The position numbers and the translations under genes were made by a program. The notes below the pieces were generated by a model. It did not search any database and was not told the origin of the DNA. It worked only from the letters and a program-made list of their open reading frames with translations. Positions 12,304 to 22,238 of a stretch of 64,000 nt of DNA are shown one piece after another. The stretch spans positions 1 to 64,000 of the IMG/VR virus record IMGVR_UViG_3300047157_000073. The stretch is one strand, 5' to 3'. The stretch comes from a virus. The stretch's first letter is position 1. Each line of letters begins with the position of its first letter.

Positions 12304-12888
12304 ATGTACAAAGCTATTGATATAATAGATGACTTCTATACACAAGAACAATTAGATATACTTTTTGATTATACTTCTAAATTATATTTTAGACCATCAC
12401 TACAACCTCACTTATTTGAAAAAGATTATGCTACTAGATTTCAAGCATATCCTTGTTATGAATCTACTGAAATAATGAATGGTGATTATAATAATCTACC
12501 TGTTTATAAAATTTTAAAAGATAATTTAAAAAGTATAGGTTTTAATTTTGATTACTTACATACTTTTTTTCGTAAAATATATAAAAGTGAAATTGAAAAA
12601 TCTGTTTGTTCTGATGGTTCTGGTATCAGACATAAGGATGGTCCTGAATATGACTTAGGTGGTGTAATATATCTTGATGAATTATCATCATTTAAATCTG
12701 GTACTAGATTTTTTACAGATGAAAGATTTAAAGGGGGAACCCAACAAGAGCAAGATATACAAATAGGTTCAAAATTTAATAGAGCAATAATATTTGATTG
12801 TCAAACAAGTCATCAAGCACTATATGATTTGGATATTGATTCTCGTTTTGTTCAACCATTTTTTATAAAAAATTATGCAGAAGATTAA
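12304..12888 (+). CDS. Fe(II)/2-oxoglutarate oxygenase family protein
   Basis: IIDDFY; H-K-D; GVIYL..SGTRF; KFNRAIIFD..SH; R..Q.FF. Confidence 0.7.
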   Translation: MYKAIDIIDDFYTQEQLDILFDYTSKLYFRPSLQPHLFEKDYATRFQAYPCYESTEIMNGDYNNLPVYKILKDNLKSIGFNFDYLHTFFRKIYKSEIEKSVCSDGSGIRHKDGPEYDLGGVIYLDELSSFKSGTRFFTDERFKGGTQQEQDIQIGSKFNRAIIFDCQTSHQALYDLDIDSRFVQPFFIKNYAED

Positions 12889-14350
12889 AAAAATAATTAT
12901 TGTTGGTGGTGGAACAGCAGGTTGGATTACTGCTCTTAATTTATTACAAAAAACTTTTTGTGATATAACTGTTATATCATCAAAAGAAATACCAATCATA
13001 GGTGTTGGAGAAAGTACAACAGGTAAACTTGCTGAATTAATTAATCTTAAAGGTGGATTTATAGATATAGATGAAAAAAATTTATTACAATCAACAGGCT
13101 CAACATATAAAATAGGAATTAAACATAGTAATTGGCATACTAAAGGAAAAAGTTTTTATTCACCATTAGGAACTACTGTTGTCAATGGTAATAATTATCC
13201 AAATGAAAATTATGACTTATATAGAATATATCATATTGCTAATGAAATAGGTTTAGAAAATGAATTCATATCTAAGTGTATGAGTAATTCTAAAATGCCA
13301 TTCTTTGAATACTCTAATAATTTTCATATTGCATATCACATAGACACTTATAAATTTGGAAATTATATAAAAGAACAAGTATTAAAACATGATAGGGTTT
13401 CACACATAGAGGGTATTGTAGATGAAGTAAATAAAGATGATAAAGGTGTAAAATATTTAAAAGTAAATGATAAAAATATTACTGGTGACTTGTATATAGA
13501 TTGCTCTGGTTTTAAAAGACTTTTAATAGGTGATGAACAATTTAAAAGTTATGAAGATGAATTATTAGTAAACAGAGCTATAACTTTTAATATTAAAGAT
13601 AAAGTTATAAACAATTATACTCATGCAAGAGCCATGAACAATGGTTGGATGTGGGAGATACCTTTACAAGAAAGAAAGGGGTGTGGTTATGTTTTTAGTG
13701 ATAATCATATAACACCAGATGATGCAAAAGTAGAAATAGAAAATGAGATAGGTCGTGAAGTAGAAATACAAAAAGATATAAAATTTAACTCTGGTAAAAT
13801 AAAAAATGTTTGGAATAAAAATGTTTTATCAACAGGTCTTGCTACAGGATTTGTAGAACCACTAGAGGCAACATCTATTCACATGACAGTAATTCAAATA
13901 AATCATTTTATAGAAAACTACTTTACACATGAAATGAATTTTGATACTCAACAAAAACAATACAATGAAGACATAAATGTAATCTGGGATGATATAAAAG
14001 ATTTTATTAGATTACATTACATATCACCTAGACAGGATACTAATTTTTGGAAAGATGTATCAAACACAAAAATATCAGATACACTAAAAAATAAATTGAA
14101 TATTTGGAAAACTCGTATGCCAAGATATGCAGATTATGGAAGAAATAATTTTTATGAGTTGGGTAATACTCTTTGGTATCAAATATTAATTGGTATGAAA
14201 ATTTTAAATAAAGATGTTGCATTAAAAGAATTAGAAAGTTTTAAGTTATTAAATTATGCAGAAGAACTTTATACAAACACTATGGATTTAAACAATCAAT
14301 ATTTTAAAAACTTAATTAGTAATCAACAATATTATGTATCCAAAAAGTAA
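12875..14350 (+). CDS. flavin-dependent (tryptophan-type) halogenase family protein
   Basis: IIIVGGGTAGW (FAD), IGVGEST, catalytic-Lys region TYKIGIKH, GWMWEIPLQ (WxWxIP), GFVEPLEATSI. Confidence 0.9.
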   Translation: MQKIKKIIIVGGGTAGWITALNLLQKTFCDITVISSKEIPIIGVGESTTGKLAELINLKGGFIDIDEKNLLQSTGSTYKIGIKHSNWHTKGKSFYSPLGTTVVNGNNYPNENYDLYRIYHIANEIGLENEFISKCMSNSKMPFFEYSNNFHIAYHIDTYKFGNYIKEQVLKHDRVSHIEGIVDEVNKDDKGVKYLKVNDKNITGDLYIDCSGFKRLLIGDEQFKSYEDELLVNRAITFNIKDKVINNYTHARAMNNGWMWEIPLQERKGCGYVFSDNHITPDDAKVEIENEIGREVEIQKDIKFNSGKIKNVWNKNVLSTGLATGFVEPLEATSIHMTVIQINHFIENYFTHEMNFDTQQKQYNEDINVIWDDIKDFIRLHYISPRQDTNFWKDVSNTKISDTLKNKLNIWKTRMPRYADYGRNNFYELGNTLWYQILIGMKILNKDVALKELESFKLLNYAEELYTNTMDLNNQYFKNLISNQQYYVSKK

Positions 14351-14966
14351 AGAAGAAAAATTTATAAAGTATTTTGATGAAAGAGTTAGATGGCCAGTAG
14401 AGGGTTGTCCACTTTTAGAAATAAAAATGCCTGATGAAATTCATAATGAATGGTTACAATGGGCAGATAAATACAGAGAATACAAAGACCACGAATTAGC
14501 ATTTCTAAAAGAACATCTTAATAAAGGTGATAATTCTTATCAAATTTCTGTGTTTGGTAGTGACTTAGAAAAATCTTGGAACTATTCTTTTATGATAAAA
14601 CTAGGTGAATATTATATTCATAAATTAAAAGGTTATAGTTTTAGAAAATTAAGAAGATGTATTAATGTTAGAAGTAATATGGGTGAAAATGACACTTATG
14701 ACTTTTGGATTAACTATGCATACAAAGGTGATTCAAATCCTGCTCACGAACATGCTGGAAATATAGCGTCAGTACAATACATAAAAAATGTACAAGATAA
14801 TCCAACATATTTATTGTGGGAAGAAAAACAAATTAATTATGAACCTGAAGATGGTTATATAATTATGTTTCCAAATACTATGACACATTGGGTTGATGAA
14901 AAAATTACAGAAGAAGAAAGAATAACTGGTTCAGTTAATTTAGTCTTTGAAGATTTTAACACATGA
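14334..14966 (+). CDS. Fe(II)/2OG oxygenase-like protein (HxH type)
   Basis: WIN..GDSNPAHEH..SVQY; PEDG.IIMFP..H.V; ERIT.S.N. Confidence 0.7.
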   Translation: MYPKSKEEKFIKYFDERVRWPVEGCPLLEIKMPDEIHNEWLQWADKYREYKDHELAFLKEHLNKGDNSYQISVFGSDLEKSWNYSFMIKLGEYYIHKLKGYSFRKLRRCINVRSNMGENDTYDFWINYAYKGDSNPAHEHAGNIASVQYIKNVQDNPTYLLWEEKQINYEPEDGYIIMFPNTMTHWVDEKITEEERITGSVNLVFEDFNT

Positions 14967-15574
14967 AATATCAAAAAAATTATTATTATTTTAAATCTGC
15001 ATTATCAAATGTATTGTGTGATAAGATTATAAAAGAGGGAATGTCAAATAATCAAAAGTTAGCAGGTGTAGGACACATAGACCCCAAAACTAAATTTGAA
15101 TTTGAAGAAGTAAAAAAGAAAAGAGATTCTAATATATCATGGATTGGAGATATTTGGTTAAAAAGATTAATAGAGCCTTATGTAAAAAGAGCAAACATAA
15201 AGGCAGGTTGGAATTTTGATTTAACAATGTCAGAGGATTTTCAATTTACAATTTATAATCAAGGTCAATATTATGGATGGCATACTGATACTGATGGTAA
15301 ATTATATCATAATAATGAGTGGGATAATTTAATGAGAAAATTATCTGTAACAATTTCTCTATCAGACCCAGAAGATTATGAAGGTGGAGTTTTAGAATTT
15401 GATTTAAGAAATACAGGTGAAATAAATACTAGTGAAATAATAAAATGTAAAGAAATATTACCAAAAGGTTCTATTGTAATTTTTCCTAGTTATACTTGGC
15501 ATAGAGTTTCACCAGTAACAAAAGGAACAAGATTATCATTGGTACAATGGAACTTAGGGCCAGGATTTAAATAG
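14963..15574 (+). CDS. PKHD/prolyl-hydroxylase-type Fe(II)/2OG oxygenase
   Basis: QFTIY..GQYYGWHTD; RKLSVTISLSDPEDYEGG; KGSIVIFPS..HRVSPVTKGTR.SLV.W. Confidence 0.85.
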   Translation: MKYQKNYYYFKSALSNVLCDKIIKEGMSNNQKLAGVGHIDPKTKFEFEEVKKKRDSNISWIGDIWLKRLIEPYVKRANIKAGWNFDLTMSEDFQFTIYNQGQYYGWHTDTDGKLYHNNEWDNLMRKLSVTISLSDPEDYEGGVLEFDLRNTGEINTSEIIKCKEILPKGSIVIFPSYTWHRVSPVTKGTRLSLVQWNLGPGFK

Positions 15575-15583
15575 GAGTATATA

Positions 15584-16234
15584 ATGAAAGATAATAAAGA
15601 AATACATGAATCTTTTTTTGCAACACCATTCTTTGCAACAGAAGTTCCAGAGTGGATTGATAAAACAAATAAATTTTGTAAACCACATTTAGATGAAGCA
15701 CATGAACGAGTTGAAAAAACTTTAAAAAAATCTGGCACTGATTTTGGTCATGTCTATCATTCTAGTAATATTCAAGATGACCCTAAGTTAAAATATCTAG
15801 TAGACTTTGTAGGTGAAACTGCTTGGAATTTGTTAGATAGGTGGGGAGCAGATTTAAGTAATCATACTTTAGTTTATGAAAGTATGTGGGTTCAAGAGTT
15901 TGCTAAAGATGGTGGTGGACATCATAGAATTCATATACACGAAAACTCTCACATATCAGGTTTTTACTTTTTAGAAAATGATAAAGCTTCTTATCCTTTA
16001 TTTCATGACCCAAGACAAGGTGCAGCTATGACATCTTTACCAGAAAAAAATATTAATGATATTTCATTTCAAAATAAAATGGTAAATTATCAACCAGAGC
16101 CAGGCCATCTCTATATGTTCCCATCTTATTTTCCACATGAATATATTTTATCTAAAAGTGGTAAATTTAAATTTATACATTTTAATATACAAGCAATTCC
16201 TAATTATATGATAAGTAATGAGGGTAGTGTATGA
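15584..16234 (+). CDS. Fe(II)/2OG oxygenase-like protein (TIGR02466-like)
   Basis: FATP; MW..HRIHIH..HISGFYFL; FHDPR; PEPG.LYMFPSY.PH; FIHFN. Confidence 0.75.
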   Translation: MKDNKEIHESFFATPFFATEVPEWIDKTNKFCKPHLDEAHERVEKTLKKSGTDFGHVYHSSNIQDDPKLKYLVDFVGETAWNLLDRWGADLSNHTLVYESMWVQEFAKDGGGHHRIHIHENSHISGFYFLENDKASYPLFHDPRQGAAMTSLPEKNINDISFQNKMVNYQPEPGHLYMFPSYFPHEYILSKSGKFKFIHFNIQAIPNYMISNEGSV

Positions 16235-16851
16235 GTTACAAAAAGAACAAATATAAAATCGTAAAAAATGCAATACCTTTGGATGTTGCTTTATTTTTAT
16301 TTGATTACTTTCAAATGAAAAGAAATGTTTATCACACTTTTAAAAATACTACTTACATATCTAAACATGATGAGGATTGGGGTAAGTCTGGTGATGAACA
16401 ATGTCCAAAGTCATATAGTCATTATTCAGATATAGCAATGGATACTGTATTAGATTTACTAACTCAAAAAATGAATAAACAAACAGGATTGAAATTATCA
16501 CCCACATATTCATATGCAAGATTATATGAGAAAGGAGAAAAATTAGAAAAACATACTGATAGATATTCTTGTGAAGTATCTACTACTTTAAATTTAGGTG
16601 GAGATGTATGGCCTATTTGGTTAACAGATACTAAAGGAAAAGACATAGAAGTTAAATTAAATCCTAGTGATATGTTAATATACTCTGGGTGTGAATTATC
16701 TCATTGGCGTAATAAATTTGAGGGTAATATGTGTATTCAAGTATTTCTACATTATAATGATATGTCTAATTTAGAGTGGGAGAATAATAAATATGATGAT
16801 AGACCACATTTAGGTTTACCTAGTTGGTTTAAAGGGAAAAAACTCTTATAA
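16231..16851 (+). CDS. Fe(II)/2OG oxygenase family protein
   Basis: PTYSYARLY..GE.L.KHTDR.SCEVS.TLNL; LIYSGC.L.HWR; QVFLHY. Confidence 0.8.
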   Translation: MSYKKNKYKIVKNAIPLDVALFLFDYFQMKRNVYHTFKNTTYISKHDEDWGKSGDEQCPKSYSHYSDIAMDTVLDLLTQKMNKQTGLKLSPTYSYARLYEKGEKLEKHTDRYSCEVSTTLNLGGDVWPIWLTDTKGKDIEVKLNPSDMLIYSGCELSHWRNKFEGNMCIQVFLHYNDMSNLEWENNKYDDRPHLGLPSWFKGKKLL

Positions 16852-16854
16852 ATA
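16847..16854 (+). promoter_or_regulatory. late promoter TATAAATA
   Basis: Exact consensus overlapping the upstream stop codon, before 16890. Confidence 0.65.
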
Positions 16855-16889
16855 ATAAGTAAATATAAGAAACAATAGGATTTAATCAT

Positions 16890-17213
16890 ATGACAAGGGC
16901 AAGAGAAAATGCATCTGTTAAATTTGCAACAGCAGTTATAACAGGAAATACTACAATGGTTGCTGGAAAATCTTATGCAGTCAATACTACAAGTGGTGCG
17001 ATTACTATGACATTACCATCTAGTGCTGATGCTGGAGATTATATACAGATTATAGATTATGCCGCAACAGCAGATACTAATGCAATAACAGTAGGTAGAA
17101 ACTCACATAAAATTCAAGGAGCATCAGCAGACCTAACAGTAGGAACAGAAAGAGCTGCATTTGGATTAGTGTATGTTGATTCTACTCAAGGCTGGTTACT
17201 TACAGAAAAATAA
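16890..17213 (+). CDS. small tail-fibre-associated protein
   Basis: Y.VNTTSGAIT.TLP.S...GD.I.IIDY; LVYVD.TQGW. Confidence 0.7.
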   Translation: MTRARENASVKFATAVITGNTTMVAGKSYAVNTTSGAITMTLPSSADAGDYIQIIDYAATADTNAITVGRNSHKIQGASADLTVGTERAAFGLVYVDSTQGWLLTEK

Positions 17214-17223
17214 GGAGTGACCC

Positions 17224-17859
17224 ATGGCAGATTATAAAGACATTAAATATAATGTAGATTATGGTGATACAGCAGGCGCAGGTGGATTAATAAAAATAAC
17301 ATCAATACATCAAGCAATGACTGATTCTGATGATGGTGTATCTTCATTTGATTTTACTACTGGTATTGATGATACTTATGATGTTTACTATTTTGAAGTA
17401 GCTGGAGTGATTCCTCATGGTACTAATCAGTTTCAATTTCAAGTGGACACAGGTACTAATACAAATTATAATATAACAAATACATCTATGGTACTCAGTT
17501 GGTATCATGGTCATGATGGTGCAGCAGGACCTGGTGGACATGGTGGTCCTAATGAAAATACTACTAATTTTTGCACATTTACCCCACCACAAAAAGGTTC
17601 TGGTAGCCCTGGCGATTTCCAAACTAGAGGTACTCAAGGTGGATATTTATATTTGTTTAATCCTAGTTCAACAACATTTGAAAAACATTGGTTATCTAAA
17701 ATGAGTGGAACAGGAGCTGCAGGTGCTACTCAATATGTAGAAGTTTATGAAAGTGCTGGTTATTTTCAAACAACCACACCATTAACTCGTGTAAGGTTTA
17801 AATATAATACAGGTGAAATAGATGGTGGTAGAATTACTATGTTTGGACTAGCAAAATAA
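17224..17859 (+). CDS. tail-associated protein, paralogue 1
   Basis: MADYKDIK; GIDDTYDVY.F; LFNPSSTTF.KH; RFKYNTGEIDGGRITMFG. Confidence 0.65.
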   Translation: MADYKDIKYNVDYGDTAGAGGLIKITSIHQAMTDSDDGVSSFDFTTGIDDTYDVYYFEVAGVIPHGTNQFQFQVDTGTNTNYNITNTSMVLSWYHGHDGAAGPGGHGGPNENTTNFCTFTPPQKGSGSPGDFQTRGTQGGYLYLFNPSSTTFEKHWLSKMSGTGAAGATQYVEVYESAGYFQTTTPLTRVRFKYNTGEIDGGRITMFGLAK

Positions 17860-18473
17860 TGGCAAATTATAAAGATATAAAATTTAATTTCACTACAAGT
17901 ACTAGCGCAACAGGTCTTGGTGGTGCTTGGAAACTTATTAAAACACAAACAGTTTCTAGTTCTGTTGCAGCTTTAGATTTTATTCATGGTACTAGTGATG
18001 TTGTTCTTGATGATACATATGAAACATATTTAATTGTATGTTGTAATATGCATCCAGCAAATTCAAAACCCGAATTACGATTTCACCCTGGTGATGGTGA
18101 TTTTACAGATAGTAAAACTAGTTGCCAATGGATTCAAAGAATGAGTTATGGCGATGGTAGTGTCACAGTTGGAATAGATGATACTAATGATTTACAACAA
18201 GGAACAGGTGGACAACCTGTTGCTATAAATGTAAGTAATAGTAATGCAACCGATTCGGCTTCTGGTCATATTTATTTTCATAACCCTGGTGAAACTGACC
18301 AATATAAAAGTTTTATATATGATTTTGTTAGTGTCACACCTGATGAAATGGAAGCCTGTCATGGCGGTTCAAATATACAAATAACAGGAGCCATAGATAG
18401 ATTTAGAATTGATTTTTCATCTGGTAATATAGATGCTGGAAGTGTAACTCTTTATGGATTTAGTGAAGCATAA
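17859..18473 (+). CDS. tail-associated protein, paralogue 2
   Basis: MANYKDIK; LIKTQTVSSS..LDF; FSSGNIDAGSVTLYG. Confidence 0.65.
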   Translation: MANYKDIKFNFTTSTSATGLGGAWKLIKTQTVSSSVAALDFIHGTSDVVLDDTYETYLIVCCNMHPANSKPELRFHPGDGDFTDSKTSCQWIQRMSYGDGSVTVGIDDTNDLQQGTGGQPVAINVSNSNATDSASGHIYFHNPGETDQYKSFIYDFVSVTPDEMEACHGGSNIQITGAIDRFRIDFSSGNIDAGSVTLYGFSEA

Positions 18474-19000
18474 TGGCAACTTATAAATCAATATCAAAAA
18501 ACTTTGGTTGGGGCTCTGGATTTTCTGGTGGGGATTCTTTAGCTAAAATATCTACAAATACAGCATCATCTGATTCAGTTGTTAATATTACTTCTGGTAT
18601 AGATTCTAGTTACAATGCTTACATAATATTTTATAATAATGTTCACCCATCTGCTGGCTCTATCTTAACATGTCAATTTACAACAAATGGGTCAGACTTT
18701 GATTTATCATTGTGTACTGCTCAAACTAATGGTTCAAATACAGAAGCTGGAAGTGCAAGTAATAATAATGCAGATGCAAGTGAAGACCAAAATAGTGGTA
18801 CAGCATATCAATCAATAGGATATGCAGATACTATTGAAACTAATGCTGAATCATGTTGTAATGGATATATTTGGATGTATGGACTATCGAGTACAACATT
18901 TCATAAACATTTTTATAGTAGGACTGTTGCAAAAGATGATGCACCAGGTGGAGCACAGACATTTACAACAGGACAAAACAATAGGATTAATTTAAAATGA
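18473..19000 (+). CDS. tail-associated protein, paralogue 3 (C-terminally truncated)
   Basis: MATYKSI; GIDSSYNAY; LSSTTFHKHF; lacks the terminal G.ID.G.I.LYG strand present in paralogues 1 and 2. Confidence 0.55.
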   Translation: MATYKSISKNFGWGSGFSGGDSLAKISTNTASSDSVVNITSGIDSSYNAYIIFYNNVHPSAGSILTCQFTTNGSDFDLSLCTAQTNGSNTEAGSASNNNADASEDQNSGTAYQSIGYADTIETNAESCCNGYIWMYGLSSTTFHKHFYSRTVAKDDAPGGAQTFTTGQNNRINLK

Positions 19001-20730
19001 CTAGAAGTAGAGAAGTATCGAAAGGTGCAACACGAAACGAATTTATATACACAGCAACAGCAACTCAAACAACCTTTAGTGGTAATGATGATAGTAGTAA
19101 TTCACTATCATATACTGCTGGTCAAATAGATGTATTCCTTAATGGTGTTAGATTAGCACCTGCCGATTTTACAGCAACTAATGGAACATCAGTAGTTTTA
19201 GGTTCAGGTGCAGAAGCAAGATGACATTTACAAATAAATGCATTTGGAACATTTAGTGTTGCAGATGTTATAGTCGCATAGATTAGAATTTGATTACACT
19301 GCCACTGCTGGTCAAACAACCTTTACAGGTTCAGTGATAACGATTCACAAACAATGGCATATACTGCTGGTCGTATAGATGTATATCTAAACGGCTCTAG
19401 ATTAAATGTAACAGATGACTATGTTGCAACCAATGGAACATCAGTCGTATTAGAAGCTGGTGCTCAGGCAGGAGATTCACTTGTTGTTGTTTCACATGGA
19501 ACAGTAAACTTAGCTTCAAATATATTATCTGGTGATTTAGATTTAAATGGAAATGAATTAATATTAGATGTTGATGGTGATACAAGTATTACTGCTGACA
19601 CAGATGACCAAATAGATTTCAGATTAGGTGGAGCAGATGTAGCAAAATTGGCAGATAGTCAATTAACTCTTACAAGTGCTAGTGCTAGTAGACCTGGTAT
19701 ACTTTTAGAAAGTACAAATGCAGACGCTAATCCATCATTTTTAAGATTTCAAAAAAATGGTGCATCACCTGCTGACAATGATGAAGTAGGTATTATTCAA
19801 TTTTACGCAGATGATGATGGTGGTAATGTTTTCATACCTGCTGATATAGTTACAACTACACCTGATGTTTCTGATAGTTCAGAAGATGGTAAAATTGCAT
19901 TTAGAGTATCTTCAGCTGGAACAAAAGCTGAAAGACTGGCTGTAGAATCTAATCAAGTTAAAGTTGCTGATGGTTCAGTAGTTTTGATTGGTGGACAAGC
20001 ATCTGATAATATTGGTGGGGCAACTTGTACTACACAAATTGAGGGTACTGCAGTAGGTGATTCATCTTTAAGTTTAAAATGTAATGCAAACGGCACAACT
20101 GCTCCAACAATTAGATTTGGTAAATCAAGAGGAACATCATTAGGTTCTGATACTGTCGTTCAAGATGGTGATGAATTAGGAGTGCTTGTATTTTCTGCTG
20201 CTGATGGCACTGATACACAAAGTCAAGCAGGTGTTCTTTTATATGGTGTTGCTGGAAGCCCTGGCGCTAATGATACGCCTGGTAAAATAAGAATTGGTGT
20301 AACTGCTGATGGTTCTAATTCAGCTACAATAAGATTTCAAATAGACCAAAATGGTGATATAACTGCTACTGATACATCTATTGGTTCTATATCAGATTCA
20401 AGATTAAAAGAAAATATATCAGATTATACATATCCAATAGATACATTTAAACAATTTGCTCCTAAAACTTTTACATGGAAAAATCCAGAAATGCACAAGT
20501 CAGGCACACAAAGAGGATTTTTAGGACAAGATATAGCAAGTACAGATAGTTATTGGGCTAAAGAGGAAGCAATAACACCTAAAAAGGGAACAGCAGATAG
20601 TGAAGATAACCCAGACTATGATATCATATCAGATAACATAGCTAAAATAAGTAAACTAACAGAAAAAGACGCTATGTATATTTCAGTAATCAAACAATTA
20701 ATTGCAAGAATAGAAGCATTGGAGAGTTAG
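18997..20730 (+). CDS. tail fibre with C-terminal intramolecular chaperone (peptidase S74-like), frameshifted around 19220-19335
   Basis: Two F.YTAT..QT.F.G..YTAG.IDV.LNG repeats; ISDSRLKENI; RGFLGQD; terminal coiled coil IKQLIARIEALES. Confidence 0.75.
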
Positions 20731-21852
20731 ATGGCATTATCAAGAGCATTTAAAAACGCAGTACATCAAAGAAGAAGTAAAACACCACTCGTTGTTAATG
20801 GTGACATGGCTGTTGCTCAAAGAGGAACTGATGCTGTTACAGGTTTAGGTGATGGTGATGAGGGTTATGTTATACAAGATAGAATGAGGCATACAATAAC
20901 TGCTGGTGCTGGTCGATACACATGTAAACAAACAGCTGACGCTCCTAGTGATAGTGGGTTTGATAAATGTTTAGAATTAGATTGTACTACGGCTGACACT
21001 TCTATTGCAGCAACAGAAGAATTTAATTTAGATTATAGAATAGAAGGTCATGATGTACAACATTTAAAATATGGAACATCTGACGCTGAATATTTAACTC
21101 TTGGATTTTGGATGAAGGCAGACGCTGCTGTTGTATACTCTGTTGGATTTATTGAAGTTGATAATAGTAGAAGTATTAGACAAGTATTTACAACAGGTAC
21201 AGATTGGACATATCATTGTATACCTTTTATTGGTGATACTGTTAGTGGTCCTAATGATGACATTGGTGAGGGTATGAGATTAAGATTTTGTTTTCATGCA
21301 GGTTCAAATTTAACAAGTGGTACACTTGCAACTTCATGGCAAAGTACAACTGCTGCTAATACTCATGTTGGTGGTGGTTCATTCTTTGCAAGTACAAGTA
21401 GAAGTATAAAAATGACAGGACTACAATTAGAAAGAGGTTACTTTACATCTGAAACAATGCCACCATTTCAACATGAAAGATGCTGCCAAAATCTTAGTCA
21501 AGATGTCAGAGGTATTTTATTAGTCACTACAGTGGCAGATGGAACAAGATTAGGTGATGGTATATTTAGAAGTACAACAAGAGCATTAGGTTGTGTAGAT
21601 TGTACAGGGTTGGTGCCTAATATGAGAGCAACACCTTCTGTAGCAACGACCATTACAGGTCATTTGCAAATGTATCATGGTACAGATACAACTACAAATG
21701 CTTCAGCCTCATCAGGTGATGGGTTAGCTATGAATGGTCACACAGAGTGCAGAACAGATTTTACATTAGCGTCAGGTTCAACAACAGCAGGATACCCAGG
21801 TAAGTTAAGAGCAAACTCAGCTGGTGCTATGGAATTTGAAGCAGAATTATAG
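20731..21852 (+). CDS. tail-fibre-associated protein (carbohydrate-binding-like)
   Basis: NGDMAVAQRG; DR; IEG..QHLKYG; TGLQLERG..PFQH; conserved RCQRYF appears in another frame at 21501-21518 (compensating indels). Confidence 0.65.
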   Translation: MALSRAFKNAVHQRRSKTPLVVNGDMAVAQRGTDAVTGLGDGDEGYVIQDRMRHTITAGAGRYTCKQTADAPSDSGFDKCLELDCTTADTSIAATEEFNLDYRIEGHDVQHLKYGTSDAEYLTLGFWMKADAAVVYSVGFIEVDNSRSIRQVFTTGTDWTYHCIPFIGDTVSGPNDDIGEGMRLRFCFHAGSNLTSGTLATSWQSTTAANTHVGGGSFFASTSRSIKMTGLQLERGYFTSETMPPFQHERCCQNLSQDVRGILLVTTVADGTRLGDGIFRSTTRALGCVDCTGLVPNMRATPSVATTITGHLQMYHGTDTTTNASASSGDGLAMNGHTECRTDFTLASGSTTAGYPGKLRANSAGAMEFEAEL

Positions 21853-21862
21853 GAGATAGATT

Positions 21863-22030
21863 ATGTTAATAACATCAGCAAAATATTATAAACATGATGG
21901 TGAAAATGCTGGAGTACATGCTGTGATAGATGGCAAAAAATGGGCAGTTCCTATGGATAATAACAATAGACATTATCAGGCCATATTAGAGTGGGTTACC
22001 GCTGGAAACAGTATAACAGCTGCAGATTAG
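21863..22030 (+). CDS. small tail-fibre partner protein (55 aa, not in ORF track)
   Basis: MLITSAKYYKHDGENAGVHAVIDGKKWAVPMDNNNRHYQAILEWVTAGNSITAAD*; SD aggag; VP.D..NRHY..I.EW..GN.I motif. Confidence 0.7.
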   Translation: MLITSAKYYKHDGENAGVHAVIDGKKWAVPMDNNNRHYQAILEWVTAGNSITAAD

Positions 22031-22208
22031 TACTGAAATACTAGTATATGTTCCTATATACCTTTAAGAGTGTCTAGCATCCAATATTTTAAGTTTTATA
22101 TCTTTTTGATATGATGATATCACTTGATATTCAAAACAGTCAAAATGACATGCTCTAGGACTTCGTTTTTTCGTAATATTCTTATTTTCTCTTACTATTT
22201 ACTATTAT

Positions 22209-22216
22209 TATAAATA
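22209..22216 (+). promoter_or_regulatory. late promoter TATAAATA
   Basis: Exact consensus upstream of gp13. Confidence 0.75.
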
Positions 22217-22238
22217 CTAGTAAAATAGGATAATTAGT

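Noticed and set aside
7717-22030. Diversity-generating retroelement or invertible fibre switch
   Set aside because: No reverse transcriptase or invertase was recognised, and the repeats differ mostly at synonymous sites rather than specifically at adenines
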